Assembly: GCA_947628845.1 (NCBI GenBank)
Contig: CANRBK010000003.1
Span: 1 to 42,454 of the forward strand
DNA: 42,454 bases
Reading direction: 5' to 3'
DNA from: an uncultured Clostridia bacterium
GTDB lineage: Bacteria; Bacillota; Clostridia; TANB77; CAG-508
Positions within the stretch are counted from its first letter, which is position 1. Each line of letters opens with the position of its first letter. Below the pieces are notes generated by a model. The model had not been told where the DNA came from. It saw only the letters and a program-made list of their open reading frames with translations, and ran no database searches. The translations under genes were made by a program, and so were the position numbers. This document shows, in pieces, positions 20,763 to 30,836 of the stretch.

Positions 20763-20993
20763 TATTCCCTAATGTTTTAAAGAATTAAAGCTGTAATTGT
20801 AATTAAAATGTAATTAAAAAGTTATATTGTTCACAATAAAATAATTTTAATGATTTCCGTAAACTAGTTATACATACTTTACATGTAATATAAAATATAG
20901 CCCGCTTGATTTAAGGTTAGAAAATTTTTATACTAAAATTAGATAAATTTGAGTATGTAATTATAAATATTATAAAAAAGAAGGAGGGTAAAT

Positions 20994-23240
20994 ATGCAGG
21001 AGACTAATGAAAAAGAGACAATAAAAGAAAAAATAAAAAAATTAAAAGACAAAATCATGCAACAATCTAAATTTAAAAAGATATTAATATTAGTAGTTAT
21101 ATTTGCATTATTAGCTTCATGTATTATTACCCTTACTATGCAAACAATAAAACAAATACAAATAAAAAAAATTGAAGACAAACCATTATTAGAATATGAA
21201 GTGAAAAATAGAATAAATAGAACAACTTATGAAATAGTTGTACGAATTAATAGTGCTGACGGAATAGAAAGTATAAGTTACATAGATCAAAATACAAATA
21301 ATGAAATAAAATTAAATGCTTATGGAAAAGTAACAATAGGAATTGATTATATAGTAGAAGATAAAAAAGATTATGATTTCAAAATAAAAATCAAAAATCA
21401 AGATGAAATAACAAAAACACTAGAATTTGAACGACCAAAAATTCAAGGTAATTATAAAGCTGAAATTGATGGTGGAATATATGTAAATGAGCCAGATTTA
21501 ACAGGATATAATACTAACTACACAAGATATCTAAATATAGATGAAGATGGAAACTTAGAACCTGGAGAATGGATAAATGGGGAAAAACCTTCTAACTGGT
21601 ATAACTATGAAGAACAACAATGGGCCAATATATATGTAGAAGCAAATGGATTAGAAACATATTATGTATGGATACCAAGATATTGCTTTAAATTAGATCA
21701 AAAAGAACAAAAAAGTGAAGTAAAATTTATAGATGTAGACGATAATTATCAAGATCAAAATGGACAAGTTACCACATGGGAAAAATTAGAAAAAGATGGA
21801 TATCAAATACCAGAAGCATTTACATGGGGAGTCACAGAGATTCCAGGATATTGGGCAATGAAATATACAGCAGGAGAAAGGAATTTATATACGATAAACT
21901 TTGAAACAACGGCAAGTAAAACAAAAGTATATGTAAAAACAGTATCAAAAAATACTACAGAAAATATAACTAAATATATTTGTTATATAAATGGCGAACA
22001 AATCAAAGAATTTGATGATCCAACAATTATAGGAAACTTTGAACATAAAATGGATACAGATAATATAAATTATGTTAATATAACAGCGCTAAATGAAAAT
22101 GGAGAAATAGTAGGAAGCATGACAAAAGAATGTAAACAAGCAAAGGTAAATGAACCAGAACTAAGTAGTTTTAATCAAGACACAACATTTTTTGTAACAT
22201 ATGATGAAGACGGAAATGAACATAGTACAATACCAATAAATAAAGAAAAACCATCAGATTGGTATGACTATGGAGAAAGTAGATGGGCAAATATAGTAAC
22301 AAGAAATAATGAACTAGAAACATATTATGTATGGATACCAAGATATGAGTTTAAATTAGATCAAACAGCACAAAGAAGTAATGTTAATTTTATAGAAGGA
22401 ATAAAAGAAGAAGCAACAAAAGGATATCAAATACCAGAAGCATTTACGTTTAATGGAAAGCAATTAACAGGATATTGGGCAATGAAATATACAGTAGGAG
22501 ATGCAGCAGCACCAAGATTTGATACAGAAGTAACAGCAACAAGTAATAGTATAAAAACAAAAGGAATAACAGGAACAGAAATAAAGGATGGACAAGAATA
22601 TATATTTAACTATTATATAGATGGTACATATCAAGGAACAAAAACAACAGCAGCAGATGAATTTGAATTTGAACAATTAGATAGCAAAAAAACATATACT
22701 ATACTAGTTGAAATAAGAAAGAAGACAGAAGAAAATAGTAATGAAAACCATGATAAAGGCGAATATGCAGGAACTATAGTAAAACAAATAGCCACAATAG
22801 ATGCAAACAAACCAGAGTTAATAGGATTTAATCCAGAAAAAACATATTATGTTTTATATGATGAAAATGGAAATGAAACTATAGGAAACAAAATTGATAT
22901 AGATGATGATGGAAATATAATGAATAAGCCAGATAATTGGTATGACTATAGTAAAAGAAAATGGGCAAATATAGTAGTAACGGATGCTGATATAACAGAA
23001 GATAAAAAGATAAATTATGAGCCAGGTAAGATGACAACATATTATGTATGGATACCAAGATATGAATTTATGATAACAAGTAGCCAATATGCACAACCAA
23101 CACAAGGAAGAACAGAAGTAAGATTTATAGAAGGAACAAGGACAGATACAGATGTAGGATATCAAATACCAGAAGCATTTACATTTAATGGAAAGCAATT
23201 AACAGGATATTGGGCAATGAAATACACCGCAGGAAATTAA
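20994..23240 (+). CDS. membrane-anchored surface protein with three WANI/YVWIPRY/GYWAMKY repeats and Ig/FN3-like spacers
   Basis: SD AGGAGG; N-terminal TM; three ~120-140 aa repeats. Confidence 0.8.
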   Translation: MQETNEKETIKEKIKKLKDKIMQQSKFKKILILVVIFALLASCIITLTMQTIKQIQIKKIEDKPLLEYEVKNRINRTTYEIVVRINSADGIESISYIDQNTNNEIKLNAYGKVTIGIDYIVEDKKDYDFKIKIKNQDEITKTLEFERPKIQGNYKAEIDGGIYVNEPDLTGYNTNYTRYLNIDEDGNLEPGEWINGEKPSNWYNYEEQQWANIYVEANGLETYYVWIPRYCFKLDQKEQKSEVKFIDVDDNYQDQNGQVTTWEKLEKDGYQIPEAFTWGVTEIPGYWAMKYTAGERNLYTINFETTASKTKVYVKTVSKNTTENITKYICYINGEQIKEFDDPTIIGNFEHKMDTDNINYVNITALNENGEIVGSMTKECKQAKVNEPELSSFNQDTTFFVTYDEDGNEHSTIPINKEKPSDWYDYGESRWANIVTRNNELETYYVWIPRYEFKLDQTAQRSNVNFIEGIKEEATKGYQIPEAFTFNGKQLTGYWAMKYTVGDAAAPRFDTEVTATSNSIKTKGITGTEIKDGQEYIFNYYIDGTYQGTKTTAADEFEFEQLDSKKTYTILVEIRKKTEENSNENHDKGEYAGTIVKQIATIDANKPELIGFNPEKTYYVLYDENGNETIGNKIDIDDDGNIMNKPDNWYDYSKRKWANIVVTDADITEDKKINYEPGKMTTYYVWIPRYEFMITSSQYAQPTQGRTEVRFIEGTRTDTDVGYQIPEAFTFNGKQLTGYWAMKYTAGN

Positions 23241-23299
23241 GTAGTTAATATGTTCATTAAATTAAAAATATATATAAATAAAACTGAGGAGGATAAAAA

Positions 23300-23995
23300 A
23301 TGAAAAAACAAATTTTAACAAAAATAATAGCAACAATAGTATTAGCAACAACATTATTATTAGGAAATGTAGGAGTAGCAAAAGCAGCATTGCAAGCAAA
23401 TCCAAATACAAAAGATAAAAAGCGAGATTACCCAACAAATTGGATGCAAAATTTTAGGAAGATGGAGGAAGCAGGAGAATCAATGGGGCTAGATGAGACA
23501 TTAAATGAAGATTTAACACCAAAAGAAAGTAATAATATAGATGTACATATGATGAGATCAACAGAATATGGGGCAATAGCAATATTATCAGCATCAGGAT
23601 ATGGAAATCCAGTTCAAATAAGAGGTACTAATGTTACAACTACAGGAAATAATACAGGGATGGTAGTAAGTACAAGTACGATAGAAAATGTAGCAGGAGG
23701 ATTAGAAAATAATATATTTACAACAACAAATGCTAGATATTATGACACTTATACAACATCATATGCAAGTGCAAGAGTAGGAGATGCTTTAGGAACAGCA
23801 ACAACTCTAAACCAAGGATGTATGCATTGGCATGGGGCGGGATCTGATAGTTGGATTAATAGCGTAAAGCCTTACTTATTGCGTGGTAGTAGTGGAAGTA
23901 TATTCTCGACTGGCTATTACAATTACGGAGGTAACGGAAATCGTGATAACAACTATTATTGTCGTGGAGTAGCAGTATGCGGAAAGGATTTTTAA
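23300..23995 (+). CDS. secreted protein resembling the C-terminal half of an FGE/C-type lectin-like domain; possible DGR target
   Basis: Signal peptide ending AKA|A; HMMRSTEYGAIAILSAS.YG, TTTGNNTG, LLRG, CRGVAV. Confidence 0.65.
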   Translation: MKKQILTKIIATIVLATTLLLGNVGVAKAALQANPNTKDKKRDYPTNWMQNFRKMEEAGESMGLDETLNEDLTPKESNNIDVHMMRSTEYGAIAILSASGYGNPVQIRGTNVTTTGNNTGMVVSTSTIENVAGGLENNIFTTTNARYYDTYTTSYASARVGDALGTATTLNQGCMHWHGAGSDSWINSVKPYLLRGSSGSIFSTGYYNYGGNGNRDNNYYCRGVAVCGKDF

Positions 23996-24016
23996 AAATT
24001 CAATTAGGAGAAAAAA

Positions 24017-26344
24017 ATGGAAAAAATAGAAAAGAAGAAAGGAATAAGCACAAGGCATAATCCATCTGTAATCAGCAAAACTGAAATAGCTGGAATAACA
24101 TTAATAGCATTAGTAATAACCATAATAATTCTTCTAATATTAGCAGGTGTATCAATAGCAATGATAGGTGAAAATGGACTAATATCAAGAGCAAAAGAAT
24201 CAGCATTTAAAGCTAAAATGTCAGCATACAAAGAAGAAGCAGATATGTATGTAGCATGGCAAATAACAGAAACAATGAAAACAGACACAAAATGGATAAA
24301 CTCAGGAGATACACTAAAAGAAGCAATAGAAGCACAAGTAGTAATGGATATACAAAAAGATGATGTAACAATAGAAATAAAAGATATAATGAAAGATATA
24401 AGCAAAAAAGAAGAAGAATATATAGTAGTATACAAAGGCGAAATGTATTATGTATCAAATAGTGAAATAGAAAATAATGAAAAACAAGAAAAATGGTGTA
24501 GAGAAATAGGAATACCAATATTAGGATATGTAGCTCAAGAAGGAATAGTAGTAAGAAATGGAAATTATGAAGAAGTAAATGGAGTATACTTATGTACACC
24601 AAAATTAGATGAAGGATTTGACGAAGAAAAAACAAGATACTTAGAAGTAGATGAAGAAGGAGATTTAGTACCAGGAAACTGGATAAAAGATAAACCAACA
24701 GAAAAATGGTATTCATATAAAGAAAGCAACTGGGCAAATATATATGTAGAAAATAGTGGAGCAGACGTATATTATGTATGGATACCAAGGTACTGCTTTA
24801 CACTAAACCAATCAGACCAAACAAGTGACGTTAAATTCATAGACACAGACAACCATTATAAAGATGTAGACGGAACAGAAAAAACATGGGAAGAATTACA
24901 ATCAGAAGGATACCAAGTACCAGAAGCATTCACATTTAATAATCAAGAGTTACCGGGCTATTGGGCAATGAAATACACAGCAGGAGATATAATAACACCA
25001 TCAACAATAAATTATGATATGTCAGTAGTACAAGGAGTAATAACAATAAAAAATATAACACTAAATACAACAATAACAAATGCAAATCCAATAACAAAAT
25101 ACACAATAGCATTAAATGGAGAAATAGTAGAAGAAATAACAGAAGAAGAAAAAATAGCAGATATAAAATCACAAGTAATAAAAATAGAAAATCTAAAACA
25201 AGGAAAAAACACAATAAATGTAACAGGACTAAATGAAGCTGGAGAAATAGTAGGAAGTATGACAAAAGAGTATGAACCAGCAATAGTAAATAAACCAGAC
25301 TTTACAGGATTTGATGAAAATACAACATTCTATGTAACGTATGACGAAAATGAAAACGAACATAGTACAATACCAATAAAAGAAGAAATGCCAAAATACT
25401 GGTATGAGTATGGAGAAAGTAGATGGGCAAATATAGTAACAAGAAATAATGGACTAGAAACATATTATGTATGGATACCAAGATATGAATTTAAATTAGA
25501 TCAAACAAATCAAAGAAGTATAGTACAATTTATAAATGGAACAAGTACAGAAACACATGACGGCTATCAAATACCAGAAGCATTTACATTTAACGAAAAG
25601 CAATTATCGGGCTATTGGGCAATGAAATATACAGCAGGAACAGAATCAGCACCATTATTTGACACAGAAGTAACAGCAACAAGTAATAGTATAAAAACAA
25701 AAGGAATAACAGGAACAGGAGTAAAAGAAGAAGAAGGACAAGTATACAATTATTATATAAATGGAGAAAGTAAAGGACACACAACAAATGCAACAGATAC
25801 ATTTGAATATAGTGGACTAGTCCCTAATACAAAATACACAATACTAGTGGAAATAAGAAATACAAATAACGAATATGTAGGAAGCATAGTAAAACAAATA
25901 AGTACAATAGATGCAAATAAGCCAGAGTTTATAGGATTTAAAGAAGAAAATACATACTATGTTTTATATGATGATGAAGGAAATGAAACAATAGGGGATA
26001 AAATAAAAAAAGACAAAGATGGAAATGCAACAAACATGCCAGCAAACTGGTATAATTATAGTGAAAGAAAATGGGCAAATATTGTTGTAACAGATGGACA
26101 AATAGTAGAAGGAAAAATACAAAATGCAACAAAGACAACATATTTCGTATGGATACCAAGATATGAATTTATGATAACAAGCAGTCAACAAGCACAGCCA
26201 GCACAAGGAAGAACAGAAGTAAGATTTTTATCAGGTACTAGTACAGATACAGATATAGGATACCAAATACCAGAAGCATTTACTTTTAACGAAAAGCAAT
26301 TAACAGGTTATTGGGCAATGAAATATACAGCAGGAGATATGTAG
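24017..26344 (+). CDS. type IV pilin-like protein with three WANI/YVWIPRY/GYWAMKY repeats; paralogue of 20994-23240
   Basis: G|ITLIALVITIIILLILAGVSI pilin helix followed by GENGLISRAKE; same repeat architecture. Confidence 0.85.
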   Translation: MEKIEKKKGISTRHNPSVISKTEIAGITLIALVITIIILLILAGVSIAMIGENGLISRAKESAFKAKMSAYKEEADMYVAWQITETMKTDTKWINSGDTLKEAIEAQVVMDIQKDDVTIEIKDIMKDISKKEEEYIVVYKGEMYYVSNSEIENNEKQEKWCREIGIPILGYVAQEGIVVRNGNYEEVNGVYLCTPKLDEGFDEEKTRYLEVDEEGDLVPGNWIKDKPTEKWYSYKESNWANIYVENSGADVYYVWIPRYCFTLNQSDQTSDVKFIDTDNHYKDVDGTEKTWEELQSEGYQVPEAFTFNNQELPGYWAMKYTAGDIITPSTINYDMSVVQGVITIKNITLNTTITNANPITKYTIALNGEIVEEITEEEKIADIKSQVIKIENLKQGKNTINVTGLNEAGEIVGSMTKEYEPAIVNKPDFTGFDENTTFYVTYDENENEHSTIPIKEEMPKYWYEYGESRWANIVTRNNGLETYYVWIPRYEFKLDQTNQRSIVQFINGTSTETHDGYQIPEAFTFNEKQLSGYWAMKYTAGTESAPLFDTEVTATSNSIKTKGITGTGVKEEEGQVYNYYINGESKGHTTNATDTFEYSGLVPNTKYTILVEIRNTNNEYVGSIVKQISTIDANKPEFIGFKEENTYYVLYDDEGNETIGDKIKKDKDGNATNMPANWYNYSERKWANIVVTDGQIVEGKIQNATKTTYFVWIPRYEFMITSSQQAQPAQGRTEVRFLSGTSTDTDIGYQIPEAFTFNEKQLTGYWAMKYTAGDM

Positions 26345-26356
26345 CAGATAATTTAG

Positions 26357-26386
26357 GGGAAGTGTAATAATTGCACTTCTCTTTTT
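26357..26386 (+). terminator. intrinsic terminator
   Basis: GGGGAAGTGTAA-TAA-TTGCACTTCTC followed by TTTTT. Confidence 0.75.
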
Positions 26387-26493
26387 GACATTCAAAAACA
26401 AACAAAAATTTGCAAAAAAGTATTGACTTTTTTAACTAATATTTATATAATTGGCAAAGAGAATAATAGAAAAGTCAAGAAAGTAGGTAAAAA

Positions 26494-27048
26494 ATGAAAG
26501 AACAATTTTTAGAACTATTAAAACAAGTAAAAAGAGAAGGAATAGACGATCTAATAGAATTTATAGAAAAAACAGACTTTTTCAAAGCACCAGCAAGTAC
26601 AAGATTTCATGGAGACCATGAAGGAGGTTTAGTAGAGCATAGCATGAAAGTCTATGAAATACTAAAACATAAAGTAGAAACAAACATAGAACCACTTGAA
26701 GTAAATCCTGAAACACTGATACTAGTACCATTATTACATGACATATGCAAAGCAAATTTTTATAAAATAGACTATAGAAATGCAAAAAATGCATTAGGAG
26801 TATGGGAAAAAGTGCCATATTATACAATTGATGACACAATACCTTATGGGCACGGAGAAAAATCAGTAATGATGATAACAGAGTATATAAAACTTACACC
26901 AGAAGAAAAATATGCAATACGTTGGCATATGGGATATACAGAACCAAAAGAGCTATATAACACAATAGGAGCAGCATACAAAAAATATCCATTAGCATTA
27001 TTAATGCATGAAGCAGACTTAGAAGCAACATATTTTTATGATATATAG
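26494..27048 (+). CDS. HD-domain hydrolase
   Basis: APASTRFH...GGLVEHS, LLHDICK, GHGEKS, AIRWHMG, HEAD. Confidence 0.88.
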   Translation: MKEQFLELLKQVKREGIDDLIEFIEKTDFFKAPASTRFHGDHEGGLVEHSMKVYEILKHKVETNIEPLEVNPETLILVPLLHDICKANFYKIDYRNAKNALGVWEKVPYYTIDDTIPYGHGEKSVMMITEYIKLTPEEKYAIRWHMGYTEPKELYNTIGAAYKKYPLALLMHEADLEATYFYDI

Positions 27049-27123
27049 AATGTACCAATAGTATGTATTCAAACTAAGATGGATTGTAATCCTTAAAAAA
27101 TAATTATACTCTTACATAAATAT

Positions 27124-27220
27124 AAAAACATATTTCTTTAAAACGAAATATGTTTTTTGAAAATAAAGTTATTTCGAAAAAGAGAAATAACTTGACAAAA
27201 ATAAATAATTAAGTTATAAT
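27124..27220 (+). promoter_or_regulatory. sigma-A promoter preceded by two TATTTC-N8-GAAATA palindromes
   Basis: IRs at 27124-27157 and 27166-27193; TTGACA(27192-27197)-17 nt-TATAAT(27215-27220). Confidence 0.75.
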
Positions 27221-27228
27221 TAGTATAG

Positions 27229-28431
27229 GTGATACAAATGTTAAAAAGAGAAATGTATTTATCAAGAATAAGAGGGTTCTATGATAGTGACCTTATAAAA
27301 ATATTAGTTGGAATAAGAAGATGTGGAAAATCTGTAATACTAAAGCAAATAATGAATGAACTAAAAGAAAAAAAGATAGATGAAAAACATATTATATATG
27401 TAAATTTTGAACTTATTGAATATGAAAATTTACAAGATTATAAGGAGTTAAATAAATATATTAAAGATAAAATAGTAGATAACAATAAATACTATGTATT
27501 TTTAGATGAAATTCAAAAGGTAGAAAAATTTGAAGATGTAGTAAATTCATTAAGAGCATCTGTAGATAATATAAGTATTTTTATTACTGGATCCAATAGT
27601 AAATTATTATCAAATGAATTATCAACTGTTCTATCTGGAAGATATGTATTATTTAATATATATCCACTAAGTTACAAAGAATTTATAGAGATAACTAATA
27701 AAGAAGCAAAATCAGAAGAAACTTTTTGGAATTTTGTTAAATGGGGTGGACTTCCAAATAGGACTCAATTTACAGATGAAAGTAATTTAAAAGATTATTT
27801 ACATAGTGTATTTGATTCAATTATATTAAGAGATGTAATAGAAAGGCTTGGACTAAAAGATACAATCTTATTTGATTTATTATTACAATATATTGTAGAT
27901 ACTACAGGTCGTCAATTTTCTGCTGAAAATGTTATAAATTTCTTAAAGAGCGAAGGAAAATCTGTGTCAACAGAAACTTTATATATGTATTTAGATGCAT
28001 TATGCAAAGCCTTAATAATAAAGAAAATATATAGATATGATATTCATGGAAAGGCAATATTAAAAACTTTAAATAAATACTATATGACAGATTTAGGGAT
28101 TGCTCAAATAAAAAATAATAATTTTGAAATAAATAAGAGCTTTGCAATAGAAAATGTTGTATATAACGAATTATTAGAAAGAGGATATGATGTTTATATA
28201 GGAAAAACAAAACATGGAGAAATAGACTTTATTGCAACAAAAACAGAAGAAAAAATATATTTTCAAGTAGCATATTTATTAGAAAATGATAAGGTTCAAA
28301 ATAGAGAATTTGGGGCTTTTAAAGAGATAGAAGATAATTATCCTAAATATGTTCTTTCATTAGATAAAGCGGATTTTTCAAGAGATGGAATTATTCATAA
28401 AAATATAATTGATTGGTTATTAGAAAAGTAA
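27229..28431 (+). CDS. AAA_14 ATPase with DUF4143 C-terminal domain
   Basis: GIRRCGKS Walker A, FLDEIQ Walker B, ITGSNS, LSGRY, ENVVY, EIDF, QV; start may be ATG 27238. Confidence 0.9.
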   Translation: MIQMLKREMYLSRIRGFYDSDLIKILVGIRRCGKSVILKQIMNELKEKKIDEKHIIYVNFELIEYENLQDYKELNKYIKDKIVDNNKYYVFLDEIQKVEKFEDVVNSLRASVDNISIFITGSNSKLLSNELSTVLSGRYVLFNIYPLSYKEFIEITNKEAKSEETFWNFVKWGGLPNRTQFTDESNLKDYLHSVFDSIILRDVIERLGLKDTILFDLLLQYIVDTTGRQFSAENVINFLKSEGKSVSTETLYMYLDALCKALIIKKIYRYDIHGKAILKTLNKYYMTDLGIAQIKNNNFEINKSFAIENVVYNELLERGYDVYIGKTKHGEIDFIATKTEEKIYFQVAYLLENDKVQNREFGAFKEIEDNYPKYVLSLDKADFSRDGIIHKNIIDWLLEK

Positions 28432-28501
28432 TAAAGGATGAAGAATTTTAAAATTGAATGATTATAAAGTGTGTTAGTATATAATATAAAAGGAGGAAAA
28501 G

Positions 28502-29122
28502 ATGTTAGCATACATAAAAGGAACATTAGAAATGAAGATGACAGGATATGTAGTAATAGATGTAGGAGGACTAGGATATAAGATATATATGTCAGATTCC
28601 GGGATAGATAAATTAGGAAATATAGGTGAAATAGTAAAAGTACATACATATTATAAAGTTAGAGAAGATGATATAAGCATATTTGGCTTTAATACATTAG
28701 AAGAATTAAGGATGTTTGAATTATTAATTTCTGTAAGTGGAGTAGGAGCCAAAACAGCTTTAGCTATGCTTGCAGTATGTGAACCAACAGATTTTGCTTT
28801 GGCAATTATTTCAGAGGATGTAAAAACTCTAACGCAAATTCCAGGAGTAGGTGCAAAATCAGCTCAGAGAATAATATTAGAATTAAAAGATAAAATAAAG
28901 AAAGAGCAACAAATACAAGAGCTAACATCAGCTACTAATGGAACCAAAACAAAAGTAGAAATAGCAATAGAAAATAATCAAAAAATAGATGAAGCAATAG
29001 CTGCATTACAAGTATTAGGATATAATAAAAAGGAAATAGAAAAGGCATTAGATAAATTAGACAAAAGTGAATTATCAACAGAAGATTTAATAAGAAAAGG
29101 ACTAGCTATTTTAGGAAAATAA
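28502..29122 (+). CDS. ruvA: Holliday junction branch migration protein RuvA
   Basis: DVGGLGY, VREDD..IFGF, VSGVGAK, IPGVGAKSAQRIILELKDK, ALQVLGY. Confidence 0.97.
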   Translation: MLAYIKGTLEMKMTGYVVIDVGGLGYKIYMSDSGIDKLGNIGEIVKVHTYYKVREDDISIFGFNTLEELRMFELLISVSGVGAKTALAMLAVCEPTDFALAIISEDVKTLTQIPGVGAKSAQRIILELKDKIKKEQQIQELTSATNGTKTKVEIAIENNQKIDEAIAALQVLGYNKKEIEKALDKLDKSELSTEDLIRKGLAILGK

Positions 29123-29134
29123 AAAGGAGAAGTT

Positions 29135-30376
29135 ATGAACAATAATGAACCATTAGCATATAGAGTCAGACCAAAGACCTTAGAAGAATATGTTGGGCAA
29201 GAACATGTATTAGGAAAAGACAAAATATTATATAGAACAATAAAAGCAGATAGACTATCTAGCATAATATTATTTGGACCTCCAGGATGTGGAAAAACCT
29301 CACTTGCAAAAGTTATAAGTGAAACAACAAAGTACAAATTTTATAAAATAAATGCAGTAACAGCAGGAGTTGCAGATATAAAGAATGTAATAGAAGAAAC
29401 AAAAAATTTTATGATAAATCCAACAGGAAAAAGTATATTATTTATAGATGAAATTCATAGATTTAATAAATTACAACAAGATGCATTATTGCCTTATGTT
29501 GAAAATGGGTTAATAATTTTAATAGGTGCAACAACTGAAAATCCATATTTTGAAGTAAATAAAGCTTTAATATCAAGATCAATGGTAATAAAATTAGAGC
29601 CACTTACAGAAGAAAATATTTATACAATATTAAAAAAAGCAATTGAAAGAAAAGATGGCTTAGGTGAATATAACATAAAAATAGAAGATGAAACTTTAAA
29701 AAAATTAGCAGCTATATCAAATGGAGATGTAAGAACAGCGTTAAATGGTTTAGAAATTGCTGTACTTACTACAAATATGGATAATGATGGATATATACAT
29801 ATAACAGATGATATAATTAAAAATTGTGTACAAACTAGAAAAGCAATATTTGATAAAAATGGAGATACACATTATGATAATATAAGTGCATTTATAAAAT
29901 CTATGAGAGGGTCAGATCCAGATGCAGCCATATTTTATTTAGCTAGAGCCCTAGATGGAGGAGAAGATCCATTATTTTTAGCAAGGAGAATAGTAATATG
30001 TGCCTCAGAAGATGTTGGAATGGCAAATCCAAATGCATTAGTTGTAGCAAATTCAGCAATGCAGGCAGTTCATATGATAGGAATGCCAGAAGCAAGAATT
30101 TTACTTGCAGAGGCTGCTGTATATGTAGCAACATCTAAAAAATCAAATGCAAGTTATATGGCTATAAATAAAGCGATGAAAGATGTACGAAATAAAGATA
30201 CTGGGACAATACCAATGCATATAAGAAATGCACCAATAGAAGGAATGAAAAATTTAGGATATAGTGAAGGATATTTATATCCTCATGATTTTCCAGGCCA
30301 TTGGGTAAAACAACAATATCTACCAGATAAAATGGTAGGAACAAAATATTATATAAAAGATGAAAATATTGATTAA
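29135..30376 (+). CDS. rarA: replication-associated recombination protein A (RarA/MgsA)
   Basis: PLAYRVRP, GPPGCGKTS, FIDEIHRFNKLQQD, ATTENP, ISAFIKSMRGSDPDA, YLYPHD. Confidence 0.95.
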   Translation: MNNNEPLAYRVRPKTLEEYVGQEHVLGKDKILYRTIKADRLSSIILFGPPGCGKTSLAKVISETTKYKFYKINAVTAGVADIKNVIEETKNFMINPTGKSILFIDEIHRFNKLQQDALLPYVENGLIILIGATTENPYFEVNKALISRSMVIKLEPLTEENIYTILKKAIERKDGLGEYNIKIEDETLKKLAAISNGDVRTALNGLEIAVLTTNMDNDGYIHITDDIIKNCVQTRKAIFDKNGDTHYDNISAFIKSMRGSDPDAAIFYLARALDGGEDPLFLARRIVICASEDVGMANPNALVVANSAMQAVHMIGMPEARILLAEAAVYVATSKKSNASYMAINKAMKDVRNKDTGTIPMHIRNAPIEGMKNLGYSEGYLYPHDFPGHWVKQQYLPDKMVGTKYYIKDENID

Positions 30377-30441
30377 AAATTAAAAATATGGAAAACCTAC
30401 TAAAAATAGTAGGTTTTTTAAAAATGAAATGGAGATGTTTT

Positions 30442-30810
30442 ATGAATAAAACATTCAAAAAAAATATAAAACAAATAATTATAGGATTTTCAGCAGGATT
30501 AGTAAGTGGTTTTTTCTCAACAGGTGGAGGTTTAATTTTAGTTCCAGCTTTTATATATTTACTTGATATCGAGCCACAAAAAGCAAGAGGAACATCAGTA
30601 TTTTGTATATTACCAATGGTTATTGCAAGTAGCTTTTTCTATTATAAGGGAAATTTTATAGATTGGAGAATAGCAATATTATGTGGAGTAGGAGGAGCAA
30701 TTGGAGGATACATAGGTGCTAAATTACTAAAAATACTTCCTGATAAAATTTTAAAAATTGCATTTACGGCATTTTTAATTTATGTATCAATAAAAATGAT
30801 ATTTTATTAA
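30442..30810 (+). CDS. TauE/SafE (TSUP) family half-size permease
   Basis: GLVSGFFSTGGGLILVP, KARGTS; start after SD GGAG. Confidence 0.85.
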   Translation: MNKTFKKNIKQIIIGFSAGLVSGFFSTGGGLILVPAFIYLLDIEPQKARGTSVFCILPMVIASSFFYYKGNFIDWRIAILCGVGGAIGGYIGAKLLKILPDKILKIAFTAFLIYVSIKMIFY

Positions 30811-30836
30811 ACGTTATAAAGATTACTGGAGGGTAA

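Noticed and set aside
21480-26340. Repeats as a CRISPR array or a DGR TR/VR pair
   Set aside because: They are in-frame protein domain repeats with largely synonymous, non-A-specific differences; no cas or RT gene is present.
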